Positions 25,751 to 37,659 of a stretch of DNA of 64,000 nt are shown here, in pieces. Under the pieces are notes generated by a model that was not told the DNA's origin, searched no databases, and saw nothing but the letters and a program-made list of their open reading frames with translations. Source of the DNA: Lama glama (taxonomy: Eukaryota). Where the stretch lies: positions 19,594,001-19,658,000 of the forward strand of contig CM052832.1 of NCBI GenBank assembly GCA_028534125.1. Direction: 5' to 3'. Position 1 is the stretch's first letter. Each line of letters starts with the position of its first letter. The position numbers and the translations under genes were made by a program.

Positions 25751-26124
25751 TGGAGAGGGTTGAATAGTGTCCTCCCCAAATTCATGTCTACATGGAAACT
25801 CAGAATGTGATCATATTTGGAAATAAGGTCTTCGGCAGATGTAGTTAGTTAAGGATCTCCAGATGAAATCATCCTGAATTTAGAGTCCTTACAAAAACAC
25901 TGGTGTTCTTTTAAGAAGAAAAGAAGACAAGGAGGCAGAGAGAAAGCAATGTGAAGATGAAGACAGAGATTAGAATGATGCATCTATAAGCTAAGAAATG
26001 CCAGGGATCCCTGGCAACCTTCAGAAGCTAAGAAAGAGAGACATGGGACAGTTTCTCCCTCAGAGCCTACCGAAGGAACTAATCCCTTGATTTTGGGCTT
26101 CTGCTCTCCTGAAATATGAGAATG
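25751..26124 (+). mobile_element. MaLR solo LTR (MLT1B/C-like), 3' truncated
   Basis: gggttgaatagtgtcctccccaaattcatgtc...cagaatgtgatcatatttggaaataaggtctt...gtgaagatgaagacagagattagaatgatgcatctataagctaagaaatgccaggg...tctccctcagagcct. Confidence 0.9.
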
Positions 26125-26204
26125 ACATCAGGGACTGGTATCATTTTTGTTTCCCTGGTGCCTAATAGAGTGCCACTTGTGTGTTTGAATGATGGCTTAG
26201 TTCA

Positions 26205-26345
26205 GGTCCTTTAGTACACTGATGAGGACACTGAGGCTTGGTGAAGGTAAGTAACTTGCACAAAGTCACATAAGAAATCAGTGGCAAGGCCAATATCAGA
26301 ATTCAGTTATCCTGAATCCAGACCAGCAATTTTTTTCCCATGGAT
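26205..26345 (-). mobile_element. MIR fragment
   Basis: gatgaggacactgaggcttggtgaaggtaagtaacttgcacaaagtcaca. Confidence 0.8.
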
Positions 26346-27319
26346 ACTAAATAACAATTTAAAAATGGAACAAATTCTTAAACCTCTCAGAGTAATTACT
26401 TACAGTTGTCTCCTGACTGTCCCTGAGTAGTTAATAAGGTCAAATAATTTAAGCTTGAGTGTCATAACAGTGTATCTTACATTGCACAGCTGTTGATATA
26501 TCATAAACCACAGACCTCACACACTCACCTAGGATGGCTGGTCCTAAGCGGATGCTTGTGTCAGCATCAGTGACCTCTGAGTTTTTTCCCAAGCAAAATA
26601 TTTTTAGTTGTTAGTCTGTTTTTTAATGGCTTATTTTCTTTACATCTAGTACATAGAAACTAGCTTCTTAATTCACTGAAATCAAATAAAAGTCCTAATA
26701 ACTTCATTAGGAAGGAGAGGGCAGGTTGCCACACACTCCTGTTTTTTCAGGCTTGGTGTCAGGAACAAAGTAACAGAATAGGTGTAACTAATTGTTTTTG
26801 GGGTTCTTGTCGTTGAAACAGTTCATCCTCTTTTCCAGGCAGATGCAGAAGCTTTGATTTCCTCTTCTGGGTGAACACAGATGTACTTCCTCAATTCGCA
26901 GTTCCCCAGGGAATCATGGGAGTACACTCACTGCCCAACTCCTCCACCCTGTCCGACAGAAGAGCTATGAACTGGATTTGATTGGATTTTGTTTGATTTA
27001 GAAAGAAATTATTTACTTGAGTGAACAGAAAACAGTGGGAGCTGTCAAGGTGCCTTCAAAAACCCAAACATTTTTGTAGCCTGGGATGGGATAAAAGTCA
27101 AACCATTTGAGTTCGGGCCATTTAATAAATCGGTTCTATTGATGTTCTTTGGAAGGACATCATTATTTACCCTTTCTCTGTGGCTGTCGTAAGGGAGGTG
27201 ACTGTACACAATGAAGAGTTGGGTAATTTGCATTTTAATTTAGAATTTATTGAGTTTACTGATCCTCTTGTTTTTAATGTGCTCTCCTTGCTCTTTTCTG
27301 TTTATCAACAGCACATCTA

Positions 27320-27460
27320 ATCTGTTTCTTAGTTTCATCATCAGGAAAATTAGGATAATAATAGGGCTTACTTCACAGTCTCATTATGAGGATTAATGAA
27401 TTAATGTATGAAAGTGCTTAGATAATGCCTGGCGTATGTCATCACCATCATCATCATCGT
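27320..27460 (+). mobile_element. MIR 3' half
   Basis: cttagtttcatcatcaggaaaattaggataataatag...tgaggattaatgaattaatgtatgaaagtgcttagataatgcctggc. Confidence 0.8.
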
Positions 27461-27619
27461 GATCCTTCAATATCTGGCTCAGATCCCTTTCACTCTGGCT
27501 AGCCTTTCTAAACACCCTACTGGAAAGTAATACTTCTCTATCTTAACTACTATAGTATGTATTGTTTATGCTTATTTGGGATAGTGTTATCAGTTATTTT
27601 CATAATGTACACTGTATTT

Positions 27620-27725
27620 CCTTCAACAGATATTAATTGAGCACCTGGTAAGAGCTAAAGACTATGCCAATCTTGGTGAACAAACCATGTGACCCCTGCT
27701 CTCATGGTGTTTACAGTTTAGTGGC
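27620..27725 (-). mobile_element. L2 3' fragment
   Basis: ttcaacagatattaattgagcacct...gacccctgctctcatggtgtttacagtttagtgg. Confidence 0.65.
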
Positions 27726-28594
27726 TTAATTTACTGGACAGATTGTGCTAATATTAATCTCACCTGTAATCAATAACTTACTCAAAAGGTAATGCAGATT
27801 TTCTGGTACAGTCTAGAGTGGGGAGGGGGACAGGTCAGAAAATGGCAGCTTTTTGCTAGTGGTCCCATTAGTTGGGTGGTCTTTTATATAGCTACACCAG
27901 CGGAGGACAATTGTGGGTTTTTCCTGATGCCTACTGGGACACCCCACTGGTCTGGGGAGGGAAAGCATGAACTCCCTGAAGTTTCTAGAGGACTCTAGAA
28001 GCAAGCACTCAGTGACTTATGTATTCATCCCCCTCTTCTGCCCCAGGGATTTCCACCTTTTGACTTCACCCTTGGCCTAACTCTACAGCCATGCATTTGG
28101 CAGTCCAGTATTTGAGGACTTGACCTCAAATTCCTTGATCTAGACAATGGAAAACACCTTTGACTGGGATTGACAGTAAAAATTTATTTCTGCTTATGGC
28201 AGTCTTTGATAGCATTGGAGTTGTTTAACTGGGGCATGAATACAATTTGTTCGTTAAAAAATAAAAATGACCTTAGCTCTTCAATACAATTACCTATGAA
28301 ATCTCCAGTTACAAAGACCGTGTGTGTAGACTTAATAATCTTTCCTTTTTCTCTTGGCAATTCGTTTAAGGCTTGGCTCAAATACTGCTCTTTGTACTTT
28401 ACTATTCTTTTTCAGCAGAACTACTTGCTATCTTTTTGTGCTACTACATACCTGACTGTACAAAAATTTCACTCTGTCAATTCGAGTGGAAAAAAATTCT
28501 TTCCTTGACTTTAGGGACTTACAGGATCTATTGTCTAATTTACCATCCTCATCTGTGTCCTTTGTCTCATAGTTCCCTCCCCAGTGCTCACTAA

Positions 28595-28880
28595 GTCCCA
28601 GCCCTGCTTGCCATCTTTCTCAGTTGCCATCAGTGGAAGCTCTTCCAGCTGCAAGGCCTTTTGCACTGACCTTTCCCTGTGCCTGGAATACATTTTCTGT
28701 TGGCACCATTTCATTCTTGATGCATCAGCTCCCCTAACTCCATTATATCAAATAGGATTTTCTCAATTACAAAACCTTGCATATTTTTTCTTAGTATTTA
28801 TTATGACCTTTATTTGATGAATATGCCTCTTCATTAGCATACAGTTCCCTAAGGATAGGGACTCTGTCTTGTTTTCCTCT
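28595..28880 (+). mobile_element. L2 fragment
   Basis: ggccttttgcactgacctttccctgtgcctggaata...agttccctaaggatagggactctgtcttgtt. Confidence 0.6.
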
Positions 28881-30941
28881 TCATGATTGTTTCCTATTCA
28901 TGATTAATGCCCTGAACTTCAGCCCAGTGTGCTGGAGTCCAGAGCACCAGCGGAAGACAGACAACAAAGAAGGACAGACTTTTCTCTCCTAGGAGAGAGA
29001 CCCTCTACATGGGATTGAGTTGGGTGTGGGTGTGAAGACAGATTGGTTAATGCCTTTTTTTTTTCTTTTTTTTTTTTTGCTATCTTCATTACAATGGCTG
29101 ACAGGTAGAAGGAGCTCAATTAATGATATTTAAGCAGAAGGAGCTGGGAGTCAGTGTTTTTTTCCCAAAGTCAGCTCATATGCAGCATCTGCAGATCAAT
29201 AATTACACAGCATGGAAATGGCTATTTCTGTAGGAAGTCTGGCTCCTATAATTGTTGGTGAACAGAGTCATCAGATGTGCTTGGAATTCCTTACTCTTTC
29301 AGCAAACCTTCATCATCGCATTTTGTTCCTTATCATCTCAGTGGTCTCAGTTTTTAGAAAATGTCTGTGTCCAAAAAGCTGACTGGGATAATCTGGCTAA
29401 CCAATGGATGTCATCAAAATTAGGCTTCAGTTTGTAATATAGAATATCTGTTGTTCATTTTTAGGGCAAAAACAAGCTCTGGTTTATGCTTTAGTTAAGG
29501 AAAAATATTCAGACTACTCCTAACAAAAACCTTTGTCTCAAAATCTCATTTATTTCTATTTTTTAAAAATGTCTTAAATAGTCAAGGGAATTTGTTTAAA
29601 ATGAAGCAAAATAGAAATGAAATGCTTTTCTCTTAAGTCAAGCATTACATTTGTGAGATTGCAGTTCTTTGAACATGTTCTTGGTGAATTAAAGATTCAA
29701 GGACAATGGAGGGAATCCAATAGATTTAGGTACCAACTGTTAGTAGGAACATGAAATTGATTTTATTTTATTTGAGTAGTAATAAGACTAAAGCATTTTG
29801 TAAGAAGCTTTCCCATAGAAACCAGTCATTAGTGATAAGAAAGCAGAAGGTATTCAAATTCACCAAATAAATCCTTGTTACACATTTATTTTAAAACTTG
29901 TTTCATTTGGTCATTGCTATGAAGGTCAAATTAACTGTAGTCAAGAAATGCATTCTAACAAGATAAAATGGAATTGCACACTCCTATTGCCATGTTTAAT
30001 TTGTACTTTACACCTTAACATTCGATATGATGGAATGTCATTCAACTGTGAAGCTGGCATTAATGAGGTCACCTGGTTTATACGAGGCTTTTGCGTGGCA
30101 TTTATTGATTTGATTGACTTCAAAAATTATACTCTGAATAATATTTTAAATGAAAGGTAGAAGTGGTGAGAAATGTCCTCATTCTTAATCTTGAATATGG
30201 AGTTTCAAGGGTTTAAAAGAACCCTTCATCCCATTTCTATTTTAAACAACTTTTCTCTTTAACACACTCCATCAGGTACTCATGAAAATTTTTAAACATA
30301 GATTTAAACTTTCAGTTTATTTTGTGGTGTTATTTTATTATACAAATTTTGTTTTTTAAAAAGTGCTGATAATGATCAAAAAAAGAATAGTTTATAAAAT
30401 TAATAATTTTATAATTATAAAACTCTTATTAAAATTTTACTGATAACTAATGACTGTTACTGATATCTAAATTTGGATTAATGCCAAAATGGAAAATGTT
30501 GAAAAATAATACTTTTATTACGAGCTTAATTTCCTGACATATCACTTATCTCCCTCCTCTGTGTTCCTTCTTCATTAAGGTATGACAAATCCTTTGGCAT
30601 ATAAATCTTGCAGGGTAGGATAGAGTATTATTTAACCTCCAAAGCATTACTAATAGATAAAAGAAATCTGCTTATTAAGTACAGGGATTGATTCAAATTT
30701 GACCAAGACTGATTAAAAAAGGTATGTAACTGCAAATAATTTTCTTGCCCAGGAGATTATCTCCATAGTAGCCAACTTTTTAGAACTGAATGGCAGTATT
30801 TATGACTGACTGAGAAATATGGCTTCTCTATCTGGAGAGTAAGATCAGTTCTTTTCAATGAACTAAATGTCGTAGGTGTGTAGAGTGGCTCACACATGGG
30901 GGTGCCTAATAGTGAATCAGCTCTCTCTCCTTTTGCTGTAG

Positions 30942-31129
30942 CTGCAGCTTTCAACGTGTATTCACTAGTCCAACAGCATCCACATCATCTGGGAACTTGT
31001 TAGAAATGTAAATTCTCAGCCTCCTCCCAGATTTACTTAATTAGATACTTAGGGGCTGGGGTCTAGTAACCCAAGTTTTAATAATCCCTCCAGATGATTG
31101 TGACGCATGCTAAAATTTGAGAATCTCTC
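30942..31129 (+). mobile_element. MER5A (hAT-Charlie)
   Basis: cagcatccacatcatctgggaacttgttagaaatgtaaattctcagcc...ccctccagatgattgtgacgcatgctaaaatttgagaa. Confidence 0.85.
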
Positions 31130-31227
31130 CTCTGGAAATTTAGATGTATTGAGCTTTCACTAATTTTCTAGTATATCTATTAAGAAAACCTTAACTCTGC
31201 TAATTTTCTCCTCAACACTTTCCTAAC

Positions 31228-31460
31228 ACAGCTAACATTTGTTGAGCTCTTGAAAAACAATATGTCTGCATTGTGCCTACCTTTTAAATTATTATCTCAC
31301 TTAATCATTATATGATATACTACTATTATGGTCATTTTTGAGATGGGAAAACTGAGACTTTAAGAAGTTACTAGGTTGCTGAAGGTCATATAGCTGGTAA
31401 AGGATGCTGGGATTCAAATCCAAGTTGTCTGATATTTGATCTTCATCATTGTGTTATATA
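31228..31460 (-). mobile_element. MIR
   Basis: gctaacatttgttgagc...catttttgagatgggaaaactgagact...aaggtcatatagctggtaaaggatgctgggattcaaatccaag. Confidence 0.8.
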
Positions 31461-34400
31461 AAGTTCTTTGTTATTGAATAACTATAATGTAACCAAAGCT
31501 GCTGTTGAAACCTGTACTGGCAAATCTACTAGATTCTCCCTTCACTTGATCTTTCCAACCATAATCTAAAATGAACAGTGACATCCTGGACCTGCATTCG
31601 TTGTAGTTTTCATTTGTCCTGGCAGTAGTAGTTTTAAATTGACATGCCCCTAAAGGTTGGTACTGGTAATTACATTAAAAATGCACTGGCCAACAGAATT
31701 TCACTTTGGCTCCATGCTCAGAACAAATATACGTGGAATACAGATGTTTTCTTTCATGGAAAATGGTAGCATATGTTGACTCAGCAGATCAATGGAAGAT
31801 AAAACAGAGAGAAGGAAACAGCAATTCAGGGAAACCCGGGGAGCTTGGAAATGGGGGCGGATAATAGAGTGGATAATGCCAACACATGCTCCAGGGAATA
31901 AGAATACCAAGCCCAGCATCCTTGTTAGATGGGTGGCACTTGTGACCAGAGTTTCCAGTTGTAAAGTCCCCAGTGAGCCATGTCTGTAAGCATTCTGACC
32001 ACTAGACCCTGATTTTTATTTAATTGGCTCAAATGTGAGAAACCTTTGGAATGAGAGGCTTCAGATGATAAAGAAGAGTTCCCCATAGGGAAAGAAGTGA
32101 TTGGAAGGTTAATAGAATCAGGCAATGTCTCTGCTGTTCATCTCTTTTTTCTGTACTTTCCTTCATCCTTCATATTTTAGAATCAACTCTGCTCAACTTA
32201 TTTATGTGTCCTTGGAATTTTTGTATAATGCCGAGTTTGTCCTCTGTCACTTGTCAGTGATGGGCAATAATGTTGGAATTCAGATGGGGAAAACTCTCCA
32301 ATTATATTTGGGGGCACTTCAGGTCTGCAATAAGCTGTCACCCTGTAATGAAGGTATCCTCTGCCATCAGTGGCTTGGCTTGTGGAACCTCATCAGATAT
32401 CCCTAGTAGGTCAGCTCCTCAACTGCACATTTAAAGCACAGGACCCTAGAGGGCACAAAAAAACGCTTTGAACAATTGAATGTAATCTTCTTTTTAATGT
32501 TATGTTTTCCCCAGGATAACATCTAATTGCTTTGTAAATGGTCCTGGTTTTTGCCTTGAACAATCTTGCACAGAAGGCAATTAGGGATTTTTTTTTTAAT
32601 GTGCAAAATATTTTCCTAGGTCTCTTTCTTTCAACTTGCATTTATGCTGCCCAGTTACAAAACCTGTATAGCTTGCAGTTATTATTCCTTGTTATCTTCC
32701 AAGCTATGTCCTTCATTCTTTAAGATTTTCATTTTCTCTGATGAAGAGGTGAATTACTAGGTGACCACATCAAGTGTACTTATGTGGCATGCTATCAAGG
32801 TGGAAAAGGGACTCACTCACTCTTAATATAATTGACGTGACTCTCAAATGCTCAGATCTCTAAGACTGAACAGCAGCCTTGGGTAGAGAATCTGGGAACT
32901 GCGCAGGCAGGTTCTTCTTGGGAAGACTAGCAACATGCGAAGTGACCTTCCTAGAAGCTATTAAATCTTAATTGCTGCTCATATTTCAGAACTAGGGTTA
33001 TTCCTTAAATGCATAGTGCACCTTTCCTTTCAGCAGCACGGCAGCCTGGTGTGGAGGAGTGGGCTCTCAAATCTACAGGCAGAATTATTTCACTCTTTGG
33101 AGACTGAAGTCATTACAGCTCAGTCCTTTTCTTCTTCCTCCTAGGGGTCTGTCCCATTTTTTTTTCCCTCACAATTATTCTATTAGTCCTCGCTGCTAGA
33201 AGCCCTGGTTCTTTCTAGCTCATCATAGTCATGAATCTTAATTATTCTGCCCACATTGGCATGTCTGTCTGCCTGTGAGCCTGTCTTTTATTATTTGAAA
33301 AGTTCATGAAAAGGGGATTTGGACTTCTTACCTTTGTAATTAAAAAAAAAAACTCTTGAGATTATGCAAATTATATTACTTTGCCCTTCAGAAAAATGTA
33401 ATTGTTATGTGAAACAATATTTGTCCTCTTTCCATTACTATTTCTTGGTGACTGAACAGCACTATGGATATTTGTGACCTTCAAAGATAAGAATGCAATT
33501 GTTACCTGCCCATAAATTGCATTATATAGATTTTGGGGTTTAGTTGATTTTTGTTTTTTTTTTGTTTTAAATATTGGTTGCATTTGAATAGGAAAGCAAA
33601 GCAACTTAAATGATTTATTCTGGATTTAAATAACCTTGCTTTTTGTCCCTGTGCTGACACTTATATTCTTTTCCCCATTAATTTACTGTTAAGGTGATTT
33701 TGGCTGAATACGTCACTGTACTTCCACTTGGATGTCAGGATGCTTGGGGAAATTCAGGGGCCTGCAAATTGCAAGATTTGGACTCTTGACTGGATTGTGC
33801 CTTTAGCCAGCAGCTGGGCCTTGTTCAGTTACATAGCTGCTCTGGACCTGTATTCTCTCAATCATACATTGAAGAAGTCCTAAAAGGTGCTTTTAAAGCT
33901 ATGTTTCAGTTCTCAAGTCTTGATTTGTTTTTATTCAATGACAGAATGATATCCAGTGATCACAGAAGTACTAATAGGACACAAGCTAATGATGAACCAC
34001 CTTGAGTTGGATGGTGTTCTTGTGCTGCTGAACTCTTTGCAGAGTTCACTAAGCACACTCGTCTCTTAACAATGTTCAGGCTAGGTCAGCTAGTTCCTAT
34101 TGGTGAAGTGTCGGGCAGGTGAACTTGAGGTAATCTGCAGTATTTCCATTGGTTAAATAAATGAGATGATTTTCCAGAAGGCTCATATTTTCTGGCAAGG
34201 TAACTGAAATCAGAAATCAGTATTCATCAACATATCATCAATAATTGCTCCACAAAGGAAATGAATACTGCAAATGCTTAGAGGTTATCCTTCCAGGCTT
34301 TTCTCAAACATTGATGCTGTGTATAAACAAAATAATACTGAATGTAGAGTTATGTATCTTGCTCTGTTCTCTTATCTTTGGATTATGTCGTTAAAACTCT

Positions 34401-34514
34401 TCAAAAATATTTCTTCTTTGAGCCTCATTTTGCATACGTTAAAACGTATATTTTAGATCTAGATGTATGTTTTAGTCCGTTTTTTAGATGTTGTTCCTCA
34501 TACTCAATGGCTTG

Positions 34515-34740
34515 GACTCATTGAGTACTTTCTACTTGCCAGTTACTTTAAATGTGTAATCTCTTTCATATTAATGATATTGTTATGAAGTAGATATTAT
34601 GATTATCACCATTTTACATACCTGGCAACTGAATGTTAAAAAACTTAACTTGCCTGCAGTTACCCAAGTTGTAAGTGGGGAAGCCAGGATCCACACCCAG
34701 GTTATCTGAATCTAGATCATATGTCCTTAGCAACAACTCT
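34515..34740 (-). mobile_element. MIR
   Basis: cattgagtactttctacttgccag...attatcaccattttacata...gtaagtggggaagccaggatccacacccagg. Confidence 0.75.
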
Positions 34741-34844
34741 AAGCAATGACTCTGTAGTATTCAGGCTATTGTCAATGTAAGTTGTGTTAGAGACACCTCA
34801 TTCTTACTGTTTTTATATGAAATAGTTGCATAATTAGGAAAATG

Positions 34845-35005
34845 GCCATCTGACCTTATGTATAAGTCATTTCATTTCTCTGAGCCTTAGTTTTCTCATC
34901 TAAACAATGGGTGATTTGTTAACAAGTCTTAATTCAAATGACTGTTGTAAAGATTGAAATAATGGATATGAAAATGCCTTAGAAACTGACAGCAAAGTAT
35001 GTTAC
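34845..35005 (+). mobile_element. MIR
   Basis: tgaccttatgtataagtcatttcatttctctgagccttagttttctcatctaaacaatggg. Confidence 0.8.
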
Positions 35006-35244
35006 CATCCATGCTGGAATTCTAAGCAAGTGGATTTTAAGTTATCCTGAACTTTGAGATAGTTTGGCAAGAAACACCCTAGCAATTAAAATCCCTCTTT
35101 CCCTCTTGAATGAATCAGATATTTCCTTGACTACCAGATTTCAATTTGAAAATATACATTTCAAACTGTAAATGCTCCTTTTTAAACAGGAATTTGAACA
35201 AAGAGTGAACTGAATCATGAAAGTTAATGTGTCACGAAGGATTG

Positions 35245-35545
35245 AAGCATTCATTCAACGTGTAATAAATGTTTCCCTAGTGTGCTGGGTATCCAAGATG
35301 CTCAGGCACTGGCATATACTGGGACCACCGCAACAAAGGGAGGCCTCAACCCTGACAAAGCTCTCCGTGACTGTTTGTCATAAAAGTTGGCTAAGAGGTC
35401 CTCTAATAAATATGAGGGATAGCACTCAGCTTATCTCATCATTTTATAGAAGAGAAAATTGAGGCCTAGAGATATGAAGGGACATGACCAAGGTCTACCA
35501 GCTGGCTAGTGACAGAAATAGAATTAAGTAAAACCAGCCCCATAA
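35245..35545 (-). mobile_element. L2 3' end followed by MIR fragment
   Basis: cattcattcaacgtgtaataaatgtttcc...caggcactgg (L2 tail); ctcatcattttatagaagagaaaattgaggcctagaga...ccaaggtc (MIR). Confidence 0.65.
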
Positions 35546-37659
35546 CCCCATGCTCCTTTTAAATACCAGATAAATGGTACCTGGAAATGACAGATGGATT
35601 AGATGGAGAAGCCAGTGCCTTTGTACTTGGAAGGTATTAGGTGGATGTTTGTGTACAAAGTACAGTAGATTTTTCCCTTCCATCCTAGTTTGCATGGAAA
35701 CATTTCTGGCTTTCTTAGAAGCTTGTTTTGGGGGTGATATGCCTGTGTTTAGTTCCCCTCCTGATCATTATGCTGCGACACTGTTCCCCTGGTCCCATAT
35801 TCACTTTCTATATTTCTTGGCCACTGGGCACATTATTTGACATTTATTTACACTTATCTGCATTTTCCATCTTCTAAGCCCACATATAACACATAGTAAT
35901 GTAAATCCTTGGCTGCCGCTTGGCATTTGGGTACTTTATTATTTACTGTGCTGTGCCTCCCTTCCTGTTTAATGTAATCCGCAAATCTTGTCCTCAGTAC
36001 CAAGTCATTTGTATGCATAATTAAAATATGCAATCCCTTCCAACGCTGATCCTTGTCATATGTCTCCTTAGTAATTTTTTTTCCCATATGGTGAATATTT
36101 TGCTTTTATTTATTTATTTCGCTCTTTGGAAAAAGATTGGGCCGAGTAGGCTCTGTGACATTCCAGAGACCTAATCCTGTTCTTTAAAGTTCTAAGGAAT
36201 CACAACATCCTTAGCCTTTACTCATTTGCTGAGAGATTTTTTACAAGTTTCTTTTTAATGAAAAGACATTCTGTCCACTAATTGCAGTAAACATATATTA
36301 ATGGCCCACTTATCATGGGGAACCATTTCTCCCATTTAGAGGCTTTACAATTGGAGATAAGATTTGAATTCATTAGCACTGTGTGCCAGGACGCTTGTTG
36401 TTTTCCTCTCTAATGTCATGCAGGGACCATTTCTGGATAAAGGGTATTGCACCAGACAACTAATACTGAGATTTTAATGGCTCTGAAGCTGTTAACTAGG
36501 GGCCTGATTGCATAGGCACCTAGAGTGAGTTAACTCTCCTAGACATCTGGCAAATTGCTTCCCAAACAGCTATTGCCTGGCTGGGAAATTCTCTGACGTT
36601 TGAAACTTTCTGCTACTTGAATAAAGAGTATTTAACGGTGTGAATCAACGAAACTGTCCTCATTCTTAAGCAAAATTGCCCATGTGGAGTTGTTTATAAG
36701 CATCCCCGATACCCACACACACATTCACAAACTTTTTAAACTTCTCTCACCAGCTTAGTTGTTTAACAGGTTTCATGTATCTGCCATCTCTTAATTGGAT
36801 GAGATTTTAACATGCATGTGCCTTTGGGATAGTAATAAATAGATTTAAATGAACACTGATGTATACAAGTCTTCCTAAACTGGAGGGTGTTAGGGAGGGT
36901 TGAGAGCAGAAGGATGCTGTGCAGAGGGAAGAAAGCCAGTGGGGTGAGGTGGGAGGAGCAGAGTGTAGTATGCAGTTGTTTCCCTAAATGCTGCTTTCCT
37001 AATCAGGGAACTTTACGGCTCTAAAAATGGCTGTATTGATGCACAGTGCTGCTTGAGATTTAACCCTCTACATTTGCAAAATTTACCCTCACACTCAACC
37101 TTATGAGGTCAGACTACTGAGAGCAAATATCTCCAGAGGTTCTGGTCTGCAAGAGACAAGTGTGAACGGCAGGGAGTGAAGATTAAAAGATAGATGAGGT
37201 TCCATTTCTCCTTAGCAGCTCCCATTTTCTCTGTCTGAGAAGTGAAGAGCCATGCAATCTATCTCTGGATAACTGGGGACAAGACATGTTTATTTTTTAG
37301 TCAACATGGGCTCTGTGAACCCTTTAGAAATTTTAACCTTAGTTTCCTGTCAATGCCATTGGTTCTGCTTGGGGGGTTATCACCCCATGGGATGTTTCTT
37401 GAGGTAGTACTTTATCTTTCTCTGGAGACAAACTCTGTTCATTTCCAGAATTTCTTCCAGAAGTGCCACAGCCCCAAAGAGATAAGACAAGCCAACTAAG
37501 AAATCATGCATTTCCCCAAATAGATAACAGACTTAAGGACATGGTTTATTTGACTATTTAAATTCTTTTCTCAGGAGTATTGGTCTTATTCAGAGCTGTT
37601 GTTCAAATGGTGCATATCCATATGGTTGAAACAGTAAATGCTGTCAACTCACATCATTT

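Noticed and set aside
28170..28508. 112-aa ORF
   Set aside because: Starts at TTG, has composition typical of AT-rich non-coding DNA, and shows no recognisable domain or splice-site pair.
33325..33352. Other AG|GT junctions (minus 33331; plus 5038, 10871, 16807)
   Set aside because: Non-YAG acceptor or weak donors; such motifs are expected by chance in 64 kb.
34515..35005. Inverted MIR pairs as dsRNA or editing substrates (also 52930-53462)
   Set aside because: The copies are too diverged to pair stably.
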